This document shows, piece by piece, positions 24,266 to 35,486 of a stretch of DNA of 64,000 nucleotides. Position numbers and translations under genes: made by a program. The notes below the pieces were generated by a model, which ran no database searches, had not been told where the DNA came from, and worked only from the letters and a program-made list of their open reading frames with translations. Every line of letters begins with the position of its first letter. Positions within the stretch are counted from its first letter, which is position 1. Source of the DNA: Squalus acanthias. Lineage: Eukaryota. The stretch covers positions 76,324,001-76,388,000 of the forward strand of contig CM059432.1 of the NCBI GenBank assembly GCA_030390025.1, written 5' to 3'.

Positions 24266-26424
24266 GGCCTAGAAATTCGATAGCAGTATAAACCTGCCGG
24301 TGCCACCACCGAAAATGGTGGCGCTGGCAGGATTGGTAAATTGGTGCTGGTGGCAAAGTAACATTAGCCCAGCACTAAACTTACTGTGCAATGTCGTTCT
24401 GGTAGCATTCGTCTCGGCAGGAGGACCCAATGCAGCGTGGTCGTAGCATCATTACAGCAAGAACAGCCTTCTCTTAAAGCAAGGCTGTCATTTCAGAAAG
24501 GGGAATTGCCTCCAGAAATGAAAAAAATAAAATTCATGTAAAAATAGGCAGTTTTTAGCCCTTACAGCTCAACTGCCCTCTGAAAAAAAATAACGTTAAA
24601 AAGAATTCCCAATTGGGAGTCTTGAGCTGGTAAAGCTGAATTGCCTTCCGCACCTAAGAAAAAGGGGAAAGTGCTTCAGCAGTAACACAAATGGCTCAGC
24701 AGGCCTGGGAAGGGCCACCCAGGGTCCTGCATGCATCATTCCAGCTTTGTGCAGGGGGTCAACACTGCAAGAGAGGTCCTCTACCCACAGGGGCCAGGAG
24801 ACCCTCCAGAAAGAACGATGTGGGACCACATCACTGAGGCCGTCACTGCCAGCAGTGTCACCCCCCACAACCTGGCTCCAGAGCCCAAAGAAGCTTCATG
24901 ACCTCAGACCACTGGTCAAGGTCGGTGAATGCGTCTGCAAAAGCCGTCTCCTATTAACTGCACCATTAGCCTCACACACTTCTCAATGCACGACCCCCAA
25001 TCACTCACCTACCAACAATCTGTACCAATCACGAGGCACATCTCCCATTCCTAGCTTCACCTCACCCCCTTGAAGGAGACAATGCTGACCATTCTTGGCA
25101 GGAGCATGGCTGAGCCTTTGGCCAGTGGCGGGGCTGAAAGGATACAAGATGCTGGTATCCTCATACGTTATCCTCCTTCTCGCATGCACCTCTTGCTTTC
25201 CCGCCCTCCCTGAATACAAATCCACCCTTGTGCCTTCCTCATTTCACACACCCAAGAAATGCAGCCTGCCCAGCCAGTGGTTGACCAAGATAATGAGGGA
25301 GAGGAGCGTGACGAAGAAACACCATCACTTGATACGACACTCCCAGCCACCAGCTCCTCATGGTCGACCAGCAAGGCCATTTGCAGTGTCCCCCCACTGA
25401 AAGTCAGCAACCTTCCACCAGCCATGCTGCAGCCACTGGGGTAGCACTGCGTGACACCAGTAGGATAGGCAAAGGCACAAGACAGTCACTAAGAGAATGC
25501 ATAAGGGTGATGTGTTGATTTCTTGATGTCATATTGGATGGATAGATGTATAAAGTTGGATTGGAAAGTTTGCTTTGTGGTGGCTTTTATTTCAGCATTG
25601 TGGCCAAGCGATGATGTGATGGACAGTAACAGAGGGAAGGTAAGGTGTGGGACAAATATTGAAAGGGGAATTGGGGTTGTGGTCACTGGTATCGCAGGCG
25701 GATGATTCCATTGCGGATATCCCGGCCAGAAAGGGGCTTTCTGGGTTGCATCCTTCCTTCTGCTTCCTCCTCTTCTGCATCTTCTTCTTCTGCGTCTTCC
25801 TCTTCCCTGTGAGCAGATGCTGTAAATCTGAAATAATAGCATAAAATGCAGGAAATACTCAGCAGGCCAGGCAGCATCTCAATCTGAGACGTGAACTTTG
25901 TTTCTCTCTCCATGGATGCTGCCTGACCTGCTGAGTATTTCCAGTATTTTCTGTCTTCTCAGAGGCCTTCCTTTACCATCCAAGGCAGTGCAAGCATCCA
26001 GCAACACTCCTTGCACACTTTAAAAACTTTTAACATGTATTGCACCAAGCCACTACTTCAATAAAATTAAAAAAAACTCCAAAAACTTAAATGCAAACTT
26101 ACCTGAAAACTGTGTGTGTCCATTTAAGAAGTGATGACAGCATTTCTGTCAGTCTGCTGCACGCTCGCTTTTCAGAGTGAGCTTAGGACCCAGCATTAAA
26201 CTCAACACTAAGGTCAATGTTCGCAGAGCGTGACGGTAAGTTGGTTTTGCATGCCGACTGACGTCATGGTCTCCCCATTTGCATCTCCAGGGCCAGCGCT
26301 AAGGCCCTCGCCAAAATTTTGGCCGGCGAGTGCTGCGCTAGAGAAGGGCGCTAGAGTGGCTGCTGCCATTTTTTGTCAGGATAGCAGTGCAAATGTGTGG
26401 CAATAGGTAGGGAATTTTTCCCCC
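24266..26424 (+). mobile_element. Non-autonomous Harbinger H3 (deleted Myb, transposase ends only, Penelope hairpin passenger)
   Basis: TIR ggcctagaaattc / gaatttttccccc; Myb TTWLQSPKKLHDL; collinear with 44792-47178. Confidence 0.85.
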
Positions 26425-27479
26425 TTAGATTTTGTTCGTGGCTCCTGGTCAGGGAGCAGTAATCGCTGGAAAACTTGAGCTGACCATACCCGGCACATAC
26501 TGCACTCAGCGCCGACCAATTTTTCAGAGAGGTCCTTAAACAGATCTTAGACACTTCATTAGCATATTTAACAGGCCTAAAGCCTGTTTAAAGTGGCCAC
26601 ATGGGATGCCTGGATATTGTTCCGAGGCCAATATGTCATCTTGGGGTGTGGAACATAGCCACATGAAATTGGAAACTTTTGACCCCATTTTACACCTAAA
26701 GGGTCCAATTTCAGGGCATTTATCACATTGTTGTTTGTAGGATCTTCCTATGTGCAATTTTGGTCGCCATGTTCTCTATATCACAATTGTGAACACACTT
26801 CAAAAGTACTTCATTGGCTGTGAAGCACTTTGGGACGTCCCAAAGTTGTGAAAGAAGTGATCGAAATGCAATTCTTTATTTCTTTATAGGTGAGCCTTGT
26901 AATCTTTCACATTATTAAAATGGCACAGAAACAAACAATTGCTTTTGTATCTTGAACTTTAATGTGAAAGAGAAAAAGTATGATAAAAAAAAATCAGAAA
27001 GGAAAGATTAGTCCTTGACCTAAAAATGTGGGGATTTAGCGCAGGCTGTTAAGGCCCGTTTTGATGAAAAAATGGCAGCCGACTTGGTTCTGCCCACGTC
27101 CGGCAGGTCCCACAACAGCCGTCATTTTCGGCAGGTCGGGAGCGCTTCAGTTGCTAGAGAAATGGAAATGAGGCAGATCATGTGCAGATCTGCTATTTTC
27201 GACGTCGCCGCTCCACTTACCACCCGCACTTAATCCCAACCTGCTGACCAAACGTTCAGCAGCAGGAAGGAGCCTCCAGCAGCACTATTTAAAGGAATCA
27301 TCATCAACAACTTGGTGCTGACATGGTTTCTCAGTTTGACTGGCTCTGTCTAAGTTTCTGCAACTTTTGCAGCTTTCTAAATTGTTTAAAGTTGCTGAGA
27401 TCACAGCGAGTGTGGCTGCAAGTGGAGAATGCCTTGATTCTGATTTAATGGCTTCTGCTCACACCACTTGCTCACAGTC

Positions 27480-28600
27480 AAGGGGGCTCTACTTACAGTC
27501 CCCCTCGTGCTCAAGTATCTTCGGGAGAGGGAGCGGAAGCAACGAAGAAGAAAAGATGCTCGCAGGGGCAGGAAGAGTAGGGCCAGGAGGGCTCTCAACG
27601 GAGGCCTTACCCACCTAGAGTCTTCCGAGAGCACTTCTCTTATCTCCACTTAAGCGAGGAGCAGTGTATTAGGAGGCTCTGCTTCACCAAGGAGGTAGTG
27701 ACAGAACTCTACCACCTCCTGCAACCTGAGAGCAGGATGACCACAGCTCGCTCAGTGGCCCTCAAGGTCACCATGGTCCTCAATTTTTTCACCAGCGAAT
27801 GCCTCCAGTCTGCAACAGGAGACATAGCTAACATCTCCCAGTTCGCCGTCCATCTCTGCATCTGGGAGGTCATGGAGGCTCTCTACTTCATGAGAAGGGA
27901 CTTCATTGTCTTCTCTCTGAAATGAGTGAAGCAGGACGAGCAGAAGCATATGGCTTCCCCATGGTGCAGGACACCGTATACTAATCCTGAGATGTTACAC
28001 AACCACAAAGGCTACCACTCTCTTAATGTGCAGTTGTTGTGCGACCACGTCCATTATGATGGTGAATGCCCGTTATCCTGGCAGCAGTTATGATGCCTTC
28101 ATCCTGTGCCAGTCTAGTGTGCCAGCAATCTTCCAGCCACCACGTCAAACCCAAGGGTGGCTGCTCAGAGACAAGGGCTATCTACTCTGCACCTGGCTGA
28201 TGTCTCCCCTCCGCAACCCCACCACTCCTGCCCAACACTCATAGAATGACAGCCATGCTGCCTCCAGGAACATCATCGAGCAGACCATCGGGGTGCTCAA
28301 GCAATGGTTCCGCTGCCTTGGAGGAGCCACCCAGTACTTGTCCGAGTGGTATCCCATTTCATGGTGGTCTGCTGCATGCTCCACAACTTGGCCATCATGA
28401 GGGCACAGCCCTTGCTATCAGGGATTGCGGGACCACCTCCGGAGGAGGAGGAGGGAGAGGAGGAGGACGAGGAGGAAGATGAGCAAGAGGAATAGAAAGA
28501 GCAGTAGGTAGAGGAAGAGGAGGGAGGCAGGAGGCAGGCAGTAAATCCCGGTTCCAGACGGGCTGTCCATAAACGCCTCATCAGACTCTGATTCCAATGA
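27480..28600 (+). pseudogene. Harbinger (HARBI1-like) DDE transposase pseudogene
   Basis: ALKVTMVLNFF...[51 protein letters not shown], poly-E C-terminus; frameshifted. Confidence 0.9.
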
Positions 28601-28779
28601 ATAAAACCCCAGATTCCTGTTGCTCACCACTTCCCCATCTTACCATCTCTCTGTCACGGAACATCACAGCGTCCTCCTGGGCACAAAGCTGAAATGAGAG
28701 CCACCAGAAAACACATATTCCAAACAAAAATCATAAATTTATTCGCAAGCAATCAAAATTACAATATCAACTAATCACC

Positions 28780-30615
28780 CTTGTGCAATCCCTTAGTGTT
28801 TGTCATTCATGTGCCTTTTCCTACTCTAGTGCTCCTACACAGTGCTCCCCCAGTGGCTGCAGTGGCTGGGGGAAGGCTGCTGACTCTCAGTGGGGTAGAC
28901 TACAGGTTGCCTTGCACGACGACCTCGACCAGCTGTAGACCTAGAAGGCCCAGCTGTAGACTGCACCACCTTGTCAGGGGTGGCAGCAGTCTGGGCTGGC
29001 TGGCTGATAGGCAGTGGCAAGGGCAATGGCGGAGTGGCAGTGGTGGGAATAGGAATGCTGGCATCCTGAGAGAGAACAGCAGGTTCCTGCTCCACAGACC
29101 CACTGCCACTCCCTCCGGGCAGCGCCTCAGCATTCCTACATTGCTGGCCTGCTCCGACACCCTGCAAGCCCCTTTCGAGACTCGTAAAGCCAGAGACAGT
29201 GGCAGCAAGCTGAGCCTGCAGGAGAGCAGTCTGCGCTTCCACTGCAGCACTGAGAGATTGGGTCACATCCACCTGTGCTGCAATGGAAGCCATGACATTA
29301 CCCATCACACACAGTATGATGGCTGGATCCACAAGGTCTCTCCTGGAGTTGTCCATCATTTCCATCCTGCCAATCATGGGCTTCAAGCTCTGCATAAAGC
29401 ACAGTCCAATGTTGGAGCTGGACTCCTCATTGCTCCTTGACACGGATAAGAGGCTCTCTGGCAGGCTTGCCATTGCACCTAGCATTTCCGTGTGCATGGC
29501 CATCACCCTTCTACTGAAGGCCACCCCATCGATGTCATCATCTGAGTCCTGTGCAGCAGAACTCATGTGTGAACTCGCCCTCCGGGGATCTGGCACCCAA
29601 GCTACCCTTTCCCCCTGGCCTGGCTGCAGCCCACTCGTGCCCGGTGACTCGCTATCTGGAGATCCCGCTTCTGTACTACCCTCTAAATTCCGTGCATTGC
29701 CATTTTCTGAGCTTGTGTCTGTGAGTGTAAAATGCAGTGATGGTGTGTCTTCTTCTTCTTCATCTTCTCCTTCAGTTTTGTTAACAGGTGCGACAGGCAG
29801 GCCTGCTGGCAGTTCTTGGGTATCTGAAAGCAGAAAGGCACAAAGGTTGGGTTGTGGGGAGGGGAGGGGGGGGAAAGCAAGATATCCATGCATACATAAT
29901 CAGCAGCTTGTAAGTGAAAAGAGATTGTAGGATGAGGGGTAAGTGGGATGTGAGAAGAAGGATTAGGTATGACCATATCATCATCATCAGTAACGGCTTC
30001 AACTTCTCCGCTGGCCACGGACTCGGTCACTGCCCCTCCTAGGTCGGTGAGGTTCTGTATTGTGGTTTGGCCGCCTCCTCTCTGCCATTTCTCCCTCCTG
30101 TCATGTGCCACCTTTGCCTGCTAGAGAAAGGGAAGTGTGTCAGTGAGTGTAGTGCAATGTGTTTGGATGATGTACCTGCCATAGTTGAATAGCTGTCAGT
30201 GTGTGTGAATGGTGTGAGGTGTGGGTGTGAGTGTTGCAGCAGTGGTAAGGTTGTGAGGGTAAAGTGAAGCCATGATTGTGAGGTATGAGTGGTGATAGGT
30301 AGAGATTTTTGGTAGGTGTGGGATGTTCGTGTGATGCATTAAGCAGTGTGTGTGAGGCCTGTGGTGCAGATGGTGGAATATGACATTTGCTGAAGCCTTC
30401 ACTGACCTTGACCTGCCCTGTGAGGTCATTAAACTTTTTTCAGCACTGGATCCAGGTCCTTGGGACCACACTGGTGGCCGTGATGGAGACAGTTATTTCC
30501 TTCCACAGCCTTCTGCAAATGGCCTTGGATGGCCTCTTCCCACTCTGTGGGTACAAGACAGCCCACCTTTGTTGCACGATCAGGACCAAGGCCTCAAGTG
30601 CAGCATTAGAAAAAC
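28780..30615 (-). pseudogene. Harbinger Myb/SANT partner gene (3 exons; long exon 3 largely open, ORF 28835-29893)
   Basis: Homologous to the Myb genes in H2, H5 and H8; acceptor ttcag at ~29824; the 5' end is disrupted by a CR1 fragment. Confidence 0.82.
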
Positions 30616-30616
30616 T

Positions 30617-31015
30617 TCATGGGTGATCTTCGACCTCAACTCCACTTTCGCGCCCTAGCCCCATATCCCTTTATTCCTCTGGAGTCCATCTATCTATCTA
30701 TCTCAGCCTTGAATATACTCAACAACTGAGCATCCACAATGCTCTGGGGCAGAGAATTCCAAAGATTCACAACCCTCTGTGTGAAGAAATTCCTCCTCAT
30801 CTCAGTCTTAAAAGGCTGACCCCTTATCCTGAGACTATGCCCCCTAGTTGTAGACTCTCCAGCCAGGGGAAACAACCTCTCAGCATCTACCCTGTCAATC
30901 CCCCTCAGGATCTTATATGTTTCAATGAGATCACCTCTCATTCTTCTAAACTCCAGAGAGTATAGGCCCATTCTACTCAATCTTTCCTCAGAGGACAATT
31001 CTCTCATCCCAAGAA
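30617..31015 (-). mobile_element. CR1 3' fragment lacking its terminal tail, inserted in H4
   Basis: EERLSRMGLYSLEFRRMRGDLIETYKIL...VVNLWNSLP; ends at gatcacccatg without the TTCTTATG repeats. Confidence 0.88.
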
Positions 31016-31847
31016 TGTAACAAAGCACCTCCCCTTTAAGTAGTGCAGAGAGCCTCGGCCAAACATTATTGGCCATTAGCCTGCACCCGATATTGGCCCC
31101 CATTCAGCACTAAGCCAATCAGCCGCTTGTTTAGCACTGAGATCAGCGCTCCAATCATTATAATGAGTAGGCAGCACAAATTTTGTGCGCACCAATTTGA
31201 ACGGGCGCAGGCAAATAGCGCTGGCCCGTGACACCGCCCGTTTTCGGGCTATATCCAATTTCTTGGCCCTTGTGTGTAATGTCACTACATTTCATCAATA
31301 TCTATGTACTTAGAAAATTGTGCCTCTCAAAGGCTATAAACCCTAGGTTAGAATCCTAGTCCAGAAAACAGGCACTCTCATTTAATGGCAGTGTGGATGC
31401 AAAGTAGGTCTATGGTGTCTGCTTATCAATGTGAAATGAAATAGAAAGCACTGGTGAAGCATGCAAATGTTAATAGATTATCCTGCTTGTCAGACTCTCC
31501 GGTAAAATCAATTTACTATATCAGATTTATTTTATAGGTAATGTGTCAGTAACTGCAAGGGTTTTGGAGATTCAAATGTAGAGGCTCTGTGCTGTTAAAG
31601 GTTCCAGAATATAGTGCTTGGTTGACCTGAAAATGTCCATGAAAATGACTTAAAACCACATTTTAACAGCTGGCTAAACTATCTTATGAAATGGATTGTG
31701 TGTTGTGGGATTATGTGTGATAATGCTTAAAATTCTTCAACAAAGATTGCTATCTGAGCTACATAAGGAACAATCTGACATGATTAAAATGTAAATGTTA
31801 ACTAGAAATTACTTTTGGTAGCCTAAACTAGATGAGGATATTGAATG

Positions 31848-32602
31848 TAAAAGCAAAATACTGCAGATGCTGGAAATCTGAAATAAAAACAGAAAATGCT
31901 GGAAATACTCAGCAGGCCAGGCAGCATCTGTGGAGAGAGAAACAGAGTTAACGGCCCGGAATTTGCAGTCGGGATGACAGCAAACTGGCAGCTTTCGCCA
32001 TCATTCCGCCTTTGAAACTGACGGCAACTTCAGCATTTGATGCACGCACAGCCGATCGCGGAAATCCTGAAGTTCCCGTCTATCATTCACAGCTCCGTCA
32101 CAGGCTGGACTGTACCCGCATTCCCCCCTTCGCCCCCACAACCCCCCTCCCCCCCCCGGCACAGAGCCAGCAATCAGTATAATCACCCAAATCAGGGAAA
32201 CTGATGAAAACTTTGGCTCTTCCGCAGTAAGTGCACTGTTAAATGCCCCTTTAAAAGTTAGACCCAAAGGGATTAGGTGTAACTGGGGTTTTACTTAAGA
32301 CCTTGGTAGTGGTCATCTCCTCATGACTGCAACTGATCTGTCTAAAGGACAGAACAATGTGTATCTACAAGATAAGCAAAACTCTCCATTATGGTTCATT
32401 GTATTTTTCTCCAAGACTATCTAGTGCCAACTGCAGGTCTTAAAATCTGTTACATCGCTAGCCTTTTCCAGTTCTGAAGAAGGGTCCCAGACCTGAAACG
32501 TTAACTCTGTTTCTCTCTCCACGGATGCTGCCTGGCCTGCTGAGTGTTTCCAGCATTTTCTGTTGTTATTTCAGATTTCCAGCATCCACAGTATTTTGCT
32601 AT
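31848..32602. repeat. Penelope-like inverted terminal arms (31848-31952 and 32470-32602) flanking a MITE fragment (~31953-32290)
   Basis: aagcaaaatactgcagatgctggaaatctgaaataaaaacagaaaatgctggaaatactcagcagg is mirrored by the reverse complement at 32500-32600. Confidence 0.85.
32474..32503 (+). ncRNA. Minimal hammerhead ribozyme core (Penelope-type)
   Basis: CUGAAGA-A-GGGUC-CCA-GACCU-GAAA-CGUU: CUGANGA box, stem II, GAAA and palindromic ACGU stem III. Confidence 0.6.
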
Positions 32603-33414
32603 TGTATCAGATATGGTGATCTGTGTAATGGCTGTCCCTATCTTTCCCAGTTCCTCTTTCACCATAATGATTATAGTGGCCATAATGTTGTGCCTATGGA
32701 ACTATTGTTTCACTACCCTTAGTTACTGCAAGGTAGATAATATCCTCACCTAAAAGGGCCGGTTCTTATTACAGATTACAATTCATATGCAATAAGGTGG
32801 TTGTCTTCTGACCAGCATTGTTCGTAGTATTGGATGTAGAGTCAATGATGCTCATGTGCTATGAGGTGTCTTGCGAATGCAAAGTGTGCCACATATACCC
32901 AACCACACCCTGTTTACAATAGATTGATTGGAGGCTGGTCTTGGTAATTAATTGATGCTTTTCTTTTTGCCCTCTTTACTATTAGGTTACGTAGCCGCTT
33001 TGAATATTTTGGGTTTTCTGGAAGTTTGCATGCCATTCGATGTTTTTTGAAACAAAGGGCTAGAAATTCATTACAGCCAAGGAATGGGCGGTGTCAGTAG
33101 AAAATTTGGAGAATTAGCGTTGGGCGCTAATACTTTAGAAAGCACGCAAAATTCGTGTTCACTGCTCAAAAAAATGATTGGAGTCCTAATTCAAGTCATA
33201 AAGCCCAAGCTCATTGGCGTTACACTCAAAGGGTGGACAAATATCAGGTGCAGTCTAATTGCAAGTCATGATTGCCACATGCTTTTTTAAGTACTTAAAG
33301 GGGAGGTTCATTGATGCTGCAGCACCTCATTCTCAGCATTGCTGGCTGTGCAGCTGCCTCAGCAAGCAAAAGCAGGACAAAAAAAGGAGCCGGAGAACTG
33401 AAGCAGCTGTACTC

Positions 33415-35320
33415 ATGGCAGATCCACGCCCATGGGAGAGAGCCTGCAGATTCTGCGATGAAGCATTGGAGGCATTGGTTTTCGCTGTGGAGAGATGGAG
33501 GGCAGTGTTCTACCCGGCAAGTGGCAGGAAGCCCTCGCCACTAATCTTCCACACCATGTGAAGGGAGGTAGTGCAGCACATCTCGGGCAGCACTGTGGTC
33601 CCCAGGACCCAAACACAGTGTAGGAAGAAGTTTAACGACCTCACTCGGGTGGTCAGGGTGCGTGAATGCTTCAACAAATGCTACATACCACCATCTATAT
33701 CACAATCTTTACACACTGCCCAAAGCACACAACCCCAGCACTCACCCACCAACAATCTCTGCCTACCGACACTCAAACCCACATTTCACACCTTGCACAC
33801 AATCACAGCTATTCAACTATGGCAGGCGCATCACCCAAACACATTGCTCCACACTCACTCACACACTTTCCTTTCTCTTGCAGGCCAAGGTGGCTCACAA
33901 CAGGAGGGAGCAGGAGCGCACAGGCAGGGGACAAGCCAACACCCAACTATTGTCTGCACTGGAGAATCGAGTGCTGCAGATTATTGGGCGGCAGGTGGTG
34001 GGCGCCATGGCCACTGGCGACATTGACCCCCTTGGGGAGAACAACGATATGTTCATCCCTACTCCTTCTTCTCAAATCCCACTTCCCCCTCACCCCACAA
34101 GCATTTCGAACTTTCCAGCTAATCATGCTGTATGCATGCATTTCTCCCTTCCTGCCCCCTTCCCCTCACCTTAACCGGACTCTTGTGCCTTTATGCTTTC
34201 AGATAATGAGCAAGTACCTGAGCAGCCTGTCCCTGAGGGCACCGTAGAGAGTGAGGCGGGAGAACAGGTGGAGGAAGAAGACACTGCGTCACTGCATGTC
34301 TCACCCGCAGACACCAGCTCAGATACTGGCACTACGCATTCTTTAGAGGCTAGTATAGTCGCGGGATCTGCACAGGGTGAGGCACTGGGGACAAGTGGGC
34401 TGCAGCAAGGCCAGGGGGAAAGGGTAGCTCAGGGTCCAGCTCCCCGGAGGGCGAGTTCGCGTGCGAGTTCTGCTGCACAGGACTTAGATAAGAACCTTGA
34501 TAGGGAAGCCTTTAGAAGAAGGGTAATGGGCATGCACACGGAGATGATAGGTGCAATGGCAAGGGTACCCGAGATCCTGTCAGCAATGGTAAGGAGCGTG
34601 GAGGAGTCCGCCTCTAACATTGCACAAGGCTCTGCGCACACCATGGAGACCATCATTTCCAGTCTGCAAAGGATGGTCGACTCCCAGAGAAACCGTGGTG
34701 ACCCAGACCTGATGCCAGCATGTGCTGGGCAATCTGGCAGCTTCCATTGCAGCACAGGCAGAAGCGACGCAACGTCTTAGTGCTGTAATGCAGTCTATGG
34801 TTGGTGGCATCCAATCTCAGACTGCTCTCATGCAGTCTCAGCTTGATGCCATGCAAGCTCTGATTACTGCCATCGTGGCTGGGTCTACCACCGTTGACTG
34901 GGGCTTTCATGGTGTCGCAGCAGGCCAGTAATCTGTGCTCCAACAGATTGCTGGGGATGCTGAGGTGCTGCCCCGAGGGAGTGGCAGTGGGTCAGTGGAG
35001 CAGGAACGTGCTGTCCTCTCTCAGGATGACAGCATTCCTGCTCCCACCACTGCCACTCCGCCAATGCCCTTGTCACTGCCTGTCATCCAGCCAGCCCAAA
35101 CTGCTGCCGCCCATGCTGAGGTGGTGCAGTCTACAGCCGTGCCTTCCAGGCCCAGAGCTGGTTGAGGGCGCCATGCAAGGCCATCTGAAGTCACCCGCAC
35201 GGACACTCAGCAGCCTTCCACCAGCCCTGCTGCAGCCACTGGGCCAACACATCGTAGGAGCACTAGAGTAGGCAAAGGCACAGTACCGACAGGCACTAAG
35301 GGATTGCACAAGGGTGAATA
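33415..35320 (+). pseudogene. Harbinger Myb/SANT partner gene (exons 33415-33657, 33884-34046, 34203-~35320)
   Basis: RACRFCDEALEALV...PRTQTQCRKKFNDLTRVVR; in-frame TGA at 33559; second donor mutated GT>AT; frameshifts in exon 3. Confidence 0.85.
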
Positions 35321-35486
35321 GTTAATATTTTTGTTGTAAATATGTGTTCACTGTTTTTTGATAAATTTATTAATTCAGGTTGGATTCTTTTGTCATGTGT
35401 CTCATTTCAGCTTTGTGCTGTGATATGGCCTGCGACAGGGATGGAATGATTGGGATGTGGTGAGCAACGGGGATCTGGGGCTTAAT

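Larger units (their letters stand above)
22408..26886 (+). mobile_element. Deu-SINE split by nested insertions (pieces 22408-22489, 23197-23399, ~26718-26886)
   Basis: The three pieces concatenate collinearly with the intact Deu-SINE at 19523-19968. Confidence 0.78.
27017..31268 (+). mobile_element. Near full-length Harbinger H4 (transposase +, Myb -), decayed
   Basis: Degenerate TIR gacctaaaaat / atttcttggcc; CTT flanks both ends; transposase ~27480-28600; Myb ~28780-30615. Confidence 0.88.

Noticed and set aside
27480..28600. Possible domesticated HARBI1 or NAIF1 host genes
   Set aside because: Multiple decayed copies inside TIR-bounded elements, with stops and frameshifts.
28781..29930. 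Long plus-strand ORFs (219 and 215 aa)
   Set aside because: They are antisense to the GC-rich Myb exon 3.
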